64,000 nucleotides of DNA from an uncultured Chloroflexia bacterium (GCA_963810095.1 CAWEMM010000009.1:96001-160000), one strand, 5' to 3'. Counted from the first letter of the stretch, positions 32,262 to 41,780 are shown. The notes: a model not told the origin generated them from the letters alone. Program-made: numbers and translations.

Positions 32262-32962
32262 GCCAAGCGCCTGCGGTCGAGACTGACGACGGCCAGGCAG
32301 AGAAATACTGCCGCAAAGCCGATGAAATACACCACCGGGCCAGGCCGGAAGATGCCGCGGATGAACTCGTCGTACTGGCGGGTCAGCGCCAGCGCAGACA
32401 GGACCTGCGAAACGACCGGGATCTGGAGGCTGCGGCCCACCGAACCCGCCAGCACCAACCCCACGAGGGCCCCGAACGAGAAGATGGCTGCGGTCACGTA
32501 ATTGTCGGCCAGCGAAGACGTAAAGGTGCAGACGGCAATGAAAGCCGCGCCGAGCAGGAAGAAGCCGATGTACGAGCCGGCGATGGCGCTCATGTACGGG
32601 AAACCGTAGATCTTGAGCATCACCACGTAGACACCAGTCACAGCCAGCGCCGCCAGGAAGACAAAGCACGCGGCCAGGTACTTACCGAGCACGATTTGGG
32701 TGCTCGACACACGGGAATTCAGCAGGAACGGCTCGATGCCAAAACGGCGCTCGTCCGCGAACATCTTGATCGTCAATACGGGAAAGATCATGAAGGAGAT
32801 ATTCGAGAACAGCCCGAACATGCCGTTGAGGTCACCACCACCGCCGATCAGGTTATACGTGGTGAAGATGACGCCCGAGAGCAGCAGGAAAATCCCCATG
32901 AAGATGAACCCGAACGGCGTCGAGAAATAGCCTGCGATTTCTTTCTTCAGTATGAGAATCAT
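32258..32962 (-). CDS. ABC-2 type permease (GldF-like)
   Basis: KKEIAGYFSTP, FADERR, IVLGKYLA; 6 TM. Confidence 0.85.
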   Translation of the reverse strand: MILILKKEIAGYFSTPFGFIFMGIFLLLSGVIFTTYNLIGGGGDLNGMFGLFSNISFMIFPVLTIKMFADERRFGIEPFLLNSRVSSTQIVLGKYLAACFVFLAALAVTGVYVVMLKIYGFPYMSAIAGSYIGFFLLGAAFIAVCTFTSSLADNYVTAAIFSFGALVGLVLAGSVGRSLQIPVVSQVLSALALTRQYDEFIRGIFRPGPVVYFIGFAAVFLCLAVVSLDRRRLA

Positions 32963-33005
32963 CGTCTCGCATGTCTCCGGGTGCGGCGGCGCGCTGCACC
33001 GCGCA

Positions 33006-33947
33006 CTACGCTGTGACTTCCAGGAAAATCTCTTCGAGGGCGTTGCCCATCGAGCGGAGCTCTACGATCGGCATATCGCGGGCTGCCAGCCGTCGGAATA
33101 TCGCCTCTCGCACCGCGTTGTCGACCGTGCCGCTCACCATGAAGCGGCTGTAGCCGTCCGGTTCGCCGGAAGGTCCTTCGATGGCTCGAACCTCACTCAC
33201 ACCGGGCGTACTGCTCAGCACCTGGGCCACCTCGGCGGCGGGCCCCTTGACCCGGATCGTGAAGGATTTGCCGCCGCGCTCCAGGTTTTCGATGCTGTCG
33301 TCGAGAATCAGGCGCCCGCCGCTGATAATCAGGACCCGCCGGCAGATCGACATCACCTCGGGCAGGATGTGTGAGCTCAGGATGACGGTGTGATCGTGCG
33401 ACAGGCCCTTGATCAGGTCACGCACCTCGGTGATCTGCTTGGGGTCCAGCCCCACCGTGGGCTCGTCGAGGATCAGTACGGGCGGAAAGCCGATCAGGGC
33501 CTGCGCCAGGCCAACCCGCTGCCGATACCCCTTCGAGAGGTTCTTGATCAACCGGCCCTTGACATGGTCGATCGCGGTCATTTCCATGATCTTGCGGATG
33601 TGGGCGGGGCGCTCCTTCGAGTGAACGCCCCGGACCCCGGCAAAGAAGGCCAGGTAGCTGCTCACGTCCATGTCCGGATAGAGCGGCGGTATCTCGGGCA
33701 GGAACCCCACTTGGCGGGCGGCGTCCCTGGGCCGGGCAACCGCGTCGACGCCTTCGATGCTGATCGAGCCGGCGCTGGGCAGCATCTGGCTGGCAAGCAT
33801 CTTGAGGATCGTGGTCTTGCCGGCGCCGTTCGGACCCAGCAGGCCCACGGCGCCGGACCCCGGTCCGCCGCTTTCGATGCAGAAGCTGACGTTCATCACG
33901 CCCGGCTTGTCGCCGTAGTACTTGGTCAGCCCCTTGACTTCAATCAT
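33006..33947 (-). CDS. ABC exporter ATP-binding protein (GldA-like)
   Basis: GPNGAGKTT, LSKGYRQRVGLAQA, DEPTVGLDP. Confidence 0.9.
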   Translation of the reverse strand: MIEVKGLTKYYGDKPGVMNVSFCIESGGPGSGAVGLLGPNGAGKTTILKMLASQMLPSAGSISIEGVDAVARPRDAARQVGFLPEIPPLYPDMDVSSYLAFFAGVRGVHSKERPAHIRKIMEMTAIDHVKGRLIKNLSKGYRQRVGLAQALIGFPPVLILDEPTVGLDPKQITEVRDLIKGLSHDHTVILSSHILPEVMSICRRVLIISGGRLILDDSIENLERGGKSFTIRVKGPAAEVAQVLSSTPGVSEVRAIEGPSGEPDGYSRFMVSGTVDNAVREAIFRRLAARDMPIVELRSMGNALEEIFLEVTA

Positions 33948-33981
33948 GAAGATGCTCCGGTGACTGGGTTGCCACGACCGC

Positions 33982-35529
33982 TTATGCCTGGAACCACTTC
34001 TGGACGAGCCCGGCCTGCGCGTCGTATGCGGGCTTGAGCGTCGGGTAGAGCGAGCGGTAGGTCTGGTAGAACTCCTCGTACTGCGCCACGTTCCTACCGA
34101 TCGGGTTCGTGCAGCTGACGATCTTGACGATGCTGTCGCACGCCTCGCCCACCGACCGGTAGGCGCCTGCGCCCACTGCGGCCATAATCGCTGCCCCCGC
34201 CGACGGGCCTTCCTCGAGGTTGGTCGTTACGACCGAGGCATTGAATATGTCGGCCTGCATCTGGCGCCACAGTTCGCTCTTGGCCCCGCCACCCGACGCA
34301 CGGACCTCGTCAACTTGGACGTCGAACTCGCGGAGGATTTCGATGGTGTCGCGCAGTGAATACGTAACACCCTCCATCACCGAGCGGCAGATTTCGCCCA
34401 GTCCGTGCCGGTAGGAGAGGCCGAAGAAGACGCCACGGGCGTTTTCGTCGGGGTAGGGCGTGCGCTCGCCGTTCAGGTAGGGGAGGAACAGCAGGCCCTC
34501 GGCGGTCGGCTGGGACTGCGCCGCCAATGCGGTCATCACGTCGTAGACGTCTTTGCCCTCGGCTGCCAGCGCGGCCTTGGAGTCCGCGAAGACGGTATCG
34601 CGCAGCCACTTGAAGGAGCCGCCCGCGGCGAGCGTGCAGCCGAAGAAGCTCCAGGTGTTGGGCGCCGAGTGGCAGAAGGCCAGCGCCGCCCGGCGCTGCC
34701 GGTCCGCAATCACCTTGTCGGTGACCGCGTACACGACGCCCGACGTCCCGATCGTCGCGGAGACGACGCCGGCACGGTAGACGCCGTTGCCGATGCCCCC
34801 CGCGGGCTGGTCGCCCGCGCCGCCCACAACCGGGATGCCGGGTCGCAGTCCCAGATGATCGGCAAGCCCGGGCCGCAAATGGCCCACGACGTCGCAGGAC
34901 TCGTAGATGTGCTGCGGAACAATATCTTTCGGCAGGTCGCACGCCTCGAACATCTCGTCCGACCAGGTGCGCTTCCCCACGTCCATCAGGAACGAACCCG
35001 ACGCGTCGGTCACTTCGACGCTCGGCTCTCCGGTGAGAACCAGCTTGACGTAATCCTTGGGGAAGAGCACCATGCGGGTCTTTTCGAAGATGTCCGGCCG
35101 GTGCTTCTTGACCCACATGAGCTTCGGCGCCCAGTAGCCGGTCAGGCAGTAGTTCGCCGTAATATCGAGCATCGGATCGATGCCCAAGCGCGCTTCGATG
35201 ACATCACGCTCTTCCGTCGCGCGTTGGTCGAGCCAGATCATGCAGTTGCCGATGGGTTCGAGGTCCTTGTCGAGCATGGTATTGCCCAACATCTGCCCGG
35301 TGAGGCCGATGGCCGCAACTTCCGCCCCGCGGCCGCTCTTCGCCACGGCTTCGCAGATAGCATAGTCGCACGCGGTCCACCACTCGTTTGGGTCCTGCTC
35401 GACCCAGCCGGGCCTGGGGGTGATCAGGTTCACTTCCTTGTAGCCCAGGCCGAGCGTTTTGCCGGCTTCGTCGATGACGATGGCCTTCACGCCGCTGGTG
35501 CCCGCATCGATACCCAGGAAACAAGCCAT
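33982..35529 (-). CDS. xylB: Xylulokinase-like FGGY kinase
   Basis: GIDAGTSG, TGQM, PKDY, GAGDQ, PYLNGERTP, GGGAKSELWRQ. Confidence 0.8.
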   Translation of the reverse strand: MACFLGIDAGTSGVKAIVIDEAGKTLGLGYKEVNLITPRPGWVEQDPNEWWTACDYAICEAVAKSGRGAEVAAIGLTGQMLGNTMLDKDLEPIGNCMIWLDQRATEERDVIEARLGIDPMLDITANYCLTGYWAPKLMWVKKHRPDIFEKTRMVLFPKDYVKLVLTGEPSVEVTDASGSFLMDVGKRTWSDEMFEACDLPKDIVPQHIYESCDVVGHLRPGLADHLGLRPGIPVVGGAGDQPAGGIGNGVYRAGVVSATIGTSGVVYAVTDKVIADRQRRAALAFCHSAPNTWSFFGCTLAAGGSFKWLRDTVFADSKAALAAEGKDVYDVMTALAAQSQPTAEGLLFLPYLNGERTPYPDENARGVFFGLSYRHGLGEICRSVMEGVTYSLRDTIEILREFDVQVDEVRASGGGAKSELWRQMQADIFNASVVTTNLEEGPSAGAAIMAAVGAGAYRSVGEACDSIVKIVSCTNPIGRNVAQYEEFYQTYRSLYPTLKPAYDAQAGLVQKWFQA

Positions 35530-35550
35530 GTGTGCGTCCCTCTCTGCCAT

Positions 35551-35606
35551 GCAGGGGCGAAGCGTTCGCAAAGTCGCGTTCGGCGGTTCGAACGCCTCGC
35601 CCCCAC
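35551..35606. repeat. REP-like palindrome (GTAG-family-like)
   Basis: GCAGGGGCGAAGCGTTCG...CGAACGCCTCGCCCCCAC. Confidence 0.65.
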
Positions 35607-35610
35607 AATG

Positions 35611-36780
35611 CTAGGCGGCCAGCTCGAACATCTTCTCGACCTTGTTCAGGTCGTACACATCGCCCAGGCCCCACTTCTGCGCGGTGATCACGGCGTCGGG
35701 CGCCATCTTCTCGACGCCGTCTTCCGGAATCCCAGCCTCGGCCAGCGTCACAGGGGTGCCGATCTTCACGAACCACGCCTCGAGCGCGGCAATGCCGGCT
35801 TCGGCCGCGGCCCGGTCGTCGATCTCGCTGACCTTGAAGACCTCGCGCGCAAACTCGGCGAACTTCTTGGTCTTGGTGTCGAGGAAGTACCGCATGGTGG
35901 CGAGGATCGTGACGGACATCGATGCGCCATGCGGCGTATCGTAGAAGTTGCTCAACGAGTGGCCGAGGACATGGATCGTCATGTCGAAGGGGCCGAGCCC
36001 GTTCGGATAGAATCCGTTCCACGCCCACGAGGCGGTCCACATCATCTGCGCACGCGCTTCTTTGTCCGCAGGATCGACCAGCAGGCGATCCATGCACTCC
36101 ATGATCGTGCGGATACTTGCCTGGGAGTAGTGATCCTGGAACGGCGCCCAGTCGACGCTGTGCCCGAAGTACGCTTCGAGCAGGTGCGAGATGATGTCGG
36201 CCGCGGAGTAGGCGGTCTGGCGCAGGGGGATCGTGTAGGTTAGCTCGGGGTCGAGGATTGCGACCTTGGGGCGCATCAGGGGGCTGCCGAAGCCGTCCTT
36301 CCGCTGGAGCTCCATATTGGACATGACGGAAACGTTGTTGAGCTCCGAGCTGGTCGCCGGAATCGTGACCACTGCGATGACAGGCAGTGATCCGGTAATG
36401 GGCGCAGCGCCGACCGCCAGGTCCCACGGGTCGCCGTCGTACATGTACCCGACGCCGACGAACTTGGCTTCGTCGATAACGCTGCCGCCGCCCAGCGCGA
36501 TAATCACGTCGGGCCGGTTTTCTCGGGCGACCGCGAGAACATTGCGCGCATGTTCCACCGTCGGGTTGCTCTTGACGCCGAAGCACGCGATCAACTCGAC
36601 GCCGGCCGCCCCGCAACTATCCGCAACCTTCTGGTAGAGGCCCAGTTGCTTCACCAGGCCCTCGTCGTATGAGAGCAGGAGCGCCTTCTTGCCGAAGCCG
36701 GCCGCAACCTCTCCCACCCTGGCTACCACACCCTCGCCAAAAATCGCGTTGGTTGGCATCGAGAACTCAAAAGGGTACAT
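35611..36780 (-). CDS. Iron-containing alcohol dehydrogenase (Bdh/YqhD-like)
   Basis: GGGSVID, TIPATSSE, ADIISHLLE, HVLGHSLS...PHG. Confidence 0.92.
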   Translation of the reverse strand: MYPFEFSMPTNAIFGEGVVARVGEVAAGFGKKALLLSYDEGLVKQLGLYQKVADSCGAAGVELIACFGVKSNPTVEHARNVLAVARENRPDVIIALGGGSVIDEAKFVGVGYMYDGDPWDLAVGAAPITGSLPVIAVVTIPATSSELNNVSVMSNMELQRKDGFGSPLMRPKVAILDPELTYTIPLRQTAYSAADIISHLLEAYFGHSVDWAPFQDHYSQASIRTIMECMDRLLVDPADKEARAQMMWTASWAWNGFYPNGLGPFDMTIHVLGHSLSNFYDTPHGASMSVTILATMRYFLDTKTKKFAEFAREVFKVSEIDDRAAAEAGIAALEAWFVKIGTPVTLAEAGIPEDGVEKMAPDAVITAQKWGLGDVYDLNKVEKMFELAA

Positions 36781-36834
36781 GCTGCTTTTCTCCTTCGTCG
36801 GGTCTAGCGTTATTCACTTGTTCGGACCGCGCTG

Positions 36835-37743
36835 CTAAGCGCGTGCCGCGCTTTGGTCTTTGTAGATGCGTTCGGGAAGGCCCGGCACGTCGGCCCGGCC
36901 CACAAATATGCCGCCCGCGCCGCGTTCGAAGTCGGCGTCGCCTTCCGGCAGCCAGAACTTGGAGGTTGCCACGTAGAGGTCGCGCATGTCTTCGCCGCCG
37001 AAGCCGGGGCAGCAGACATGCTTGACCGGGAGATCGAGGTTCTTGACGCGGGTATAGTCCTGCAGGCTCCACACCGAGATGATCCGCTTGTCGCTCCAGT
37101 GGGCCACATAGAGGTGATCGTTCACATCCAGCGCGGCCCCATCCGGCATGTCCTCGAACTGGATGACCACCTGGGGCTCGCCGCTGGGGCCGTGCTCCAC
37201 CGAGTAATCCCACCGCAGGAGGACCTTGTTCCAGGTGTCCACGACGTACATGCCCGCGTCCTTGCTGTCGAACAGGATCGTGTTGTACTGCACGACCTTG
37301 TCCACCAGCGTCACGACGGCGCCGTCCACGTCGACCATGTAGAACTTGCCTGCCATTTTGTCAGGGTCGAAGTGGGGTTCGGGGTAGAACTTCGAGACAG
37401 TGCTGGTGTAGATGCGGCCCGCGGCGTCGCAGCGAGTGTCGTTATAGCGGAACTCGCCGGTGTTCGGCTGGGGCGCCGCCACCAACTCCAACCTGCCGGT
37501 AGCGAAGTCGAGCAGCATCAGCCCGTCGTCGACGGCGACCAGCAGCCGGCCAGGAGTCTCGCAGGGGATGGCGGAGCCAATGACGCCGGCGGTAGGGGTG
37601 CATTCGTCCTTCCCCGTCTGGGGGTCGTAGCGGTGCACCGTGCCTTCGAACAAGTCGGTCCAGTAGAGCTGCTTGAGGCGGGGGTCCCAGATGGGGGTCT
37701 CCGCCAGCACGACGCGGGAGTCGATCGCCAGTTCAAACGCCAT
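36835..37743 (-). CDS. SMP-30/gluconolactonase family protein
   Basis: LAETPIWD, RYNDTRCD, MPDGAALD, FGGEDMRDLYV. Confidence 0.9.
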   Translation of the reverse strand: MAFELAIDSRVVLAETPIWDPRLKQLYWTDLFEGTVHRYDPQTGKDECTPTAGVIGSAIPCETPGRLLVAVDDGLMLLDFATGRLELVAAPQPNTGEFRYNDTRCDAAGRIYTSTVSKFYPEPHFDPDKMAGKFYMVDVDGAVVTLVDKVVQYNTILFDSKDAGMYVVDTWNKVLLRWDYSVEHGPSGEPQVVIQFEDMPDGAALDVNDHLYVAHWSDKRIISVWSLQDYTRVKNLDLPVKHVCCPGFGGEDMRDLYVATSKFWLPEGDADFERGAGGIFVGRADVPGLPERIYKDQSAARA

Positions 37744-37831
37744 GACAGCCTCCTCGCTGCACTTGATCGGGAGTTCATGGATAACGATCTGGAAATATGG
37801 GAACCGGGTTGAAGTATGCCGGAGGTGCAAT

Positions 37832-37890
37832 TCACATTTGTAATCTGGAATTACATATGTGAGAATAGCACGAGGAAAGCTGGCTGTCAA
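37832..37890 (-). promoter_or_regulatory. Sigma70 promoter with downstream 31-bp palindromic operator
   Basis: TTGACA (37885-37890)-17 nt-TATTCT (37862-37867), TGn extension; TCACATTTGTAAT-CTGGA-ATTACATATGTGA 37832-37862. Confidence 0.8.
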
Positions 37891-37966
37891 GTCCCAGTTT
37901 TGGGGCCTCTCGCCAGGCAACAACCTGCCGGTAGGCTGCCTAGAGGGGCGTTAGGAAAGCAGGACG

Positions 37967-39079
37967 TTACGGGGCGGGTTGCGGTGCCCGACTCAACCCC
38001 TGGACCTCGGGCTTCCCGTTCTGCCAATCCAGCCGCGCCAGGTCCATGAAGCGATACCCCGCGGCAGACCAGCTGTGGAAGAGCAACCACGTGCCTCCCT
38101 CGCGGTCGAGCACCACGTCCTGTCCGCCTGGTCCCACGATGCCTGCGCCGACGGTCGTCTCGAGCAAGGGCTCGCTCGCTTTGACATAAGGCCCCAGGGG
38201 CGCATCCGCAACCGCGTACCCGGTCGCATAGCGGGGCGTGTTGAAGCTGTTGGCCGAGTAGAAGAGATAGTACCTGCCGTCCCGTTTCCATAAGGTCGGC
38301 GCCTCAACCAGCACGCCTTCCCACGCCTTGTCGGCCGTGAGCAGCCGGGCAGGCTCGGCCGTCAGCGACATGCCGTCGGGGGCCAGGGGCTGGATGTAGA
38401 TCCAAGTCTGCCTGCCGCCTGAATTGCCGTCGTTTTTCCACAGCAGGTATGCCTGGCCGTCGTCGTCCACGAACGTCGCCGGGTCGATCGAGCCGCCCTC
38501 ACTCTCCTGGCAGATCAACGGCCGGTCGCCCGCGGGCTGGAAGGGGCCTTCCGGCTTGGGGCTGGTTGCCACCCCAATACACTGCACGCCTCCGGCCGCG
38601 CCGGCTGGCAAACGAGCGGTAAAGTACATGACGTAGGGCCCGTCTTTATGGGGGCGCCACACTTCCGGCGCCCACGCCCAGCCAAAAGTCTGCGCTGCCC
38701 AGCGCGGCAGCTTCGGCAGGGCATCGTTGAGCGTGTCCCAGTGGACCAGGTCGGCGGAGCGTGCGACCTGGATATTGTGGCCGTTGCCGTTGGTTGCGTA
38801 CGCATAGTACTGCCCGTCGACCTGCAAGGTGTCCGGATCTGGGAAATCGCGGTTGAGGACAGGATTCCGGTAAGTGCCCGGTGCGAGGGTGGGCGGGGCA
38901 GACGGCGGCTGCGAGGCCGGCGCGGCGGGGCGCTCGACCGCGCTGGCGGCGACAGGCGCGGGCGTCAGGGCCGCCGCGGCCGGGCCGGCGCACCCTGCCA
39001 ATGCAAGGGCGAACGCGAACACCAGATACAAAGGCGCCACGATCCGTGGCGGCAGACCTCTCACCTGGCCCCCGCGCAT
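37967..39079 (-). CDS. Glycoside hydrolase family 43 lipoprotein
   Basis: LAGC lipobox; DFPDP, WAPE, SIDP, VEAP, GPG motifs. Confidence 0.88.
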   Translation of the reverse strand: MRGGQVRGLPPRIVAPLYLVFAFALALAGCAGPAAAALTPAPVAASAVERPAAPASQPPSAPPTLAPGTYRNPVLNRDFPDPDTLQVDGQYYAYATNGNGHNIQVARSADLVHWDTLNDALPKLPRWAAQTFGWAWAPEVWRPHKDGPYVMYFTARLPAGAAGGVQCIGVATSPKPEGPFQPAGDRPLICQESEGGSIDPATFVDDDGQAYLLWKNDGNSGGRQTWIYIQPLAPDGMSLTAEPARLLTADKAWEGVLVEAPTLWKRDGRYYLFYSANSFNTPRYATGYAVADAPLGPYVKASEPLLETTVGAGIVGPGGQDVVLDREGGTWLLFHSWSAAGYRFMDLARLDWQNGKPEVQGLSRAPQPAP

Positions 39080-39121
39080 GGGAAGATGGAGCGATCGGAA
39101 GCGGCGTCTCCCGGCCGGCGC

Positions 39122-40069
39122 TCAGGAAAAGAGAGGCTGCTCACCGGGGTCCTTTGGGCGGGCGCTGCCCAGGTAGTCCGCGATCTTTTCCAGCACGGCA
39201 GCCTCCACGGCAGCCTCTGCCGACGCCAGAAGCTCGGGGGGCAGCGCGGCCAGTGCCGCGTTGCTCGTGCGCTCGGGCAGCCCCAGGGCCTGCAGCATAG
39301 CAAGCTCGAGGTCGGTGGCGATGTTCACCTTGCTCACCCCGCCCCCCGGCAGCCGCACCGCCGCACGGATCATCCCGGCTGGCACGCCGGAGCCGCCGTG
39401 CAGCACCAGATGCACGGGTCGTGAGCGGGCGGCCCGGGTGAGGCGGCGGATCTCGGCCAAGCGGGCGAGGTCGATGTGCGGCCGGCGGACCTTATACACC
39501 CCGTGGGCGGTGCCCACGGAGATGGCGAGCGCATCGACGTCCGTTTCGGCCACAAACTCCGCGGCTTCGTCCGGCGCCGTATACAGCTCGTCGTCCGCTT
39601 CGGTCTCCACCTGGTCCGACGAGAAGATGCGGCCCAGCTCTCCCTCCACCGAGACGCCGCGGGCGTGTGCGAAGGCGACGACCTCGCGCGTCCGCCGGCT
39701 GTTTTCGGCAAGAACGCAGTCCGACCGGTCGATCATGACCGACGTGAACCCCGCCGCGATGGCTTCTTCAATCATCGCAGGGTCGCGGGTGTGGTCGAGG
39801 TGCAGCACGACGGGGACGGTAATCCTCTCGTCGCTGAGCGCCGCGTAAAATTCGCCCGCGAAGTCGGTGGGGCTAGAGTCGAACCAGCGGAGCTCGTTGG
39901 CCGAAATCTGGACGATCAGCGGCGTGGCGGCCCGTTCGCCGGCACGTAGAACCGGTCGGATCATGGCGAGGTAGCGCGGCGAGAAGGAACCCACCGCATA
40001 TTCCCCGGCTTCTGCGAGGGGCAGGACTTCTCGCAGAGTTACCACGTTCCCTTGCTCGTTTCGTTTCAC
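39122..40069 (-). CDS. Class II fructose/tagatose-bisphosphate aldolase
   Basis: LHLDH, GFTSVMID, VEGELG, GTAHG, LVLHGGSG, KVNIAT. Confidence 0.92.
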   Translation of the reverse strand: MKRNEQGNVVTLREVLPLAEAGEYAVGSFSPRYLAMIRPVLRAGERAATPLIVQISANELRWFDSSPTDFAGEFYAALSDERITVPVVLHLDHTRDPAMIEEAIAAGFTSVMIDRSDCVLAENSRRTREVVAFAHARGVSVEGELGRIFSSDQVETEADDELYTAPDEAAEFVAETDVDALAISVGTAHGVYKVRRPHIDLARLAEIRRLTRAARSRPVHLVLHGGSGVPAGMIRAAVRLPGGGVSKVNIATDLELAMLQALGLPERTSNAALAALPPELLASAEAAVEAAVLEKIADYLGSARPKDPGEQPLFS

Positions 40070-40274
40070 ACTAAGCTGCCTCTCGTCGAAGATTTCGCCG
40101 GCGCGCGGTCACAGCCTTTGATATCGCGGCCGGCGCCAAGCATCCCTATGATAACTGCAGGTTCCGGTATGGCGGCGTCTTGCAGATTACTTTTGCCCGA
40201 CGCCATCCTGTTGTCATTCGTGATTGTGTCGAGCGCGAGTGGTGGGCGGCTGGAATGGGGTCCCGGGGGCAGGT

Positions 40275-40322
40275 GGGGGGCAGGCACGCCAGAATTAAGG
40301 TCTTGCTCTGGCGTGCCTCCCC
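40275..40322 (-). terminator. Stem-loop downstream of small ORF
   Basis: AGGCACGCCAGA / TCTGGCGTGCCT arms; no clear U-tract. Confidence 0.45.
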
Positions 40323-40338
40323 GAGGCTTCGACGGCTG

Positions 40339-40572
40339 TCAGGCCAGCGGCAGGCCGGTCTGAGCGCCCGGGGTGGACGGGTGGCTGGGCAGCACCGGCC
40401 CAAGCGGGCGGCCCGACTCCTCGCCGCTCAGCGTACTGAGGGCCTTTTCGGAAGTCCAGGCCGGCGCCGCGGGAACGACGGCGGGCCGAGGCAGCGATTC
40501 GGCGCCCATGCTCAGCGCAAGGGCGAGCAGCGCGGCGATCAATGCGGTGCGAGAGCGAGCGATCCGTTTCAT
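40339..40572 (-). CDS. Small putative secreted peptide (77 aa)
   Basis: GGAGG RBS, basic N-term + hydrophobic helix; consensus promoter upstream. Confidence 0.55.
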   Translation of the reverse strand: MKRIARSRTALIAALLALALSMGAESLPRPAVVPAAPAWTSEKALSTLSGEESGRPLGPVLPSHPSTPGAQTGLPLA

Positions 40573-40641
40573 GGTTCCACCTCCACTACTGACTCGATAC
40601 TATGTTAGACAGCTATACATTCGAACATTTATATGGTCGAG

Positions 40642-40670
40642 AGTGTAGCGGATCGCGGCGTGTTTGTCAA
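40642..40670 (-). promoter_or_regulatory. Sigma70 promoter
   Basis: TTGACA-17 nt-TACACT. Confidence 0.75.
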
Positions 40671-40753
40671 GAGGCAATTTGAAGCAGTTGCGGTGCGGCG
40701 GGCAGACCGCGCAGACGGGGGCAGATCAGCTGCGCTGGATAACGAGGGATGGA

Positions 40754-40920
40754 ATCGCACACTGATTGAAGGGATCGGACTGATTATCACGATCTCTTTT
40801 CGGAGGGACAGTCCAGATCATTTCAATCAGTTGGATCAGATGCTTGATGACGGATTGGCGGGGGCGCTCTTGTCCCCGCCGCCCCCGACCAGGGGCTGCG
40901 CCCCTTGGAACCCCAAAGGC
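40754..40920. repeat. Cluster of degenerate palindromic repeats
   Basis: ACTGATTGAA (40761) / TTCAATCAGT (40822); AGGGGCTGCGCCCCT-TGGAACCCC near 40891. Confidence 0.5.
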
Positions 40921-41150
40921 AACGCCGCGGATACGCGTTCGCCCGGATAGGTCATTGTACGGGGGATGATGCGGGGGCGGCAGGAACCATGCGTGTATTT
41001 GGTCGCCCTGGTGTGAGAGGCGAGCATGGTCAGGGCGGCACTGCGAGGGTCCCAACAGTCAAAAGGCGGCCGGCCGGACCTCGACAGGAAGCATGCCTCG
41101 CTTGCAGGGCCGGCCGACGATTTCGCTATGCTTGCACTGAACTAAGGAGG

Positions 41151-41780
41151 TTAGGGTCGCGTCATGCCGAGCGAAGCCGGAAAGCGCGTGTGCTCACCGG
41201 CAATCACGAACAGCATGTGCCGGTCCTCCACGGGGTGCAGGGTGCCAGAGGGAGGCGCGGGGGTCAGGTTGACGTCCCACCAGCGGCGGACGAACCACTT
41301 GAGGCTGAACACGCGGTCTTCGCCGCAGAAATCCGGATACGGATCGCGCAGGGTGATGCGGTCCTGCTCCACGTCGACGTGGGTGACGACGCTGTAGTGA
41401 CCGTAGTCGCCTACGGCAAAGTCCTCATCTTCCTCGCGCTCCTCGAAGAACCCCTGCCATTCCACGCCTGCAGGGCAGTGATGGTCGCGCACGACAGTCA
41501 CGAGGTCGTCGACGCTGGCTTGGTTCTTCCGCCACAGGCACACGCCCTCGCGCAGCCGCTCGACCGCCCGCGCCAGCTGATCCACACGCGCACCATGCAC
41601 GCTGATCGTTGCTTGCACCTGGGCCAACTCGGTGAGCCGCTCCTGGTTCGCCGAGACACCGTGATACGCGAGCAACATCTGCAAGACGGCAGGCCCGCAG
41701 TGGTATTCGGAGATCTGGCACACCCGGGGCAGCCGGGCCGGGCTAGCCGGGCTGGGAAGGGCCGTAGATGCGGCGGGCAT
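41151..41780 (-). CDS. Peptidase C39-like cysteine peptidase
   Basis: QISEYHCGPA (Cys), GHYSVV (His), LRDPY (Asp). Confidence 0.8.
   Translation of the reverse strand: MPAASTALPSPASPARLPRVCQISEYHCGPAVLQMLLAYHGVSANQERLTELAQVQATISVHGARVDQLARAVERLREGVCLWRKNQASVDDLVTVVRDHHCPAGVEWQGFFEEREEDEDFAVGDYGHYSVVTHVDVEQDRITLRDPYPDFCGEDRVFSLKWFVRRWWDVNLTPAPPSGTLHPVEDRHMLFVIAGEHTRFPASLGMTRP

Noticed and set aside
29502-32669. 1055-aa ORF appearing as a GldG-DUF4340 fusion
   Set aside because: Produced by a frameshift near 30955; the GldG C-terminal TM and stop lie in ORF 30809..31141, and DUF4340 has its own GTG start
41092-41105. 14-mer CATGCCTCGCTTGC also found near 45153
   Set aside because: A few 14-mer matches are expected by chance in 64 kb, and the flanks do not align
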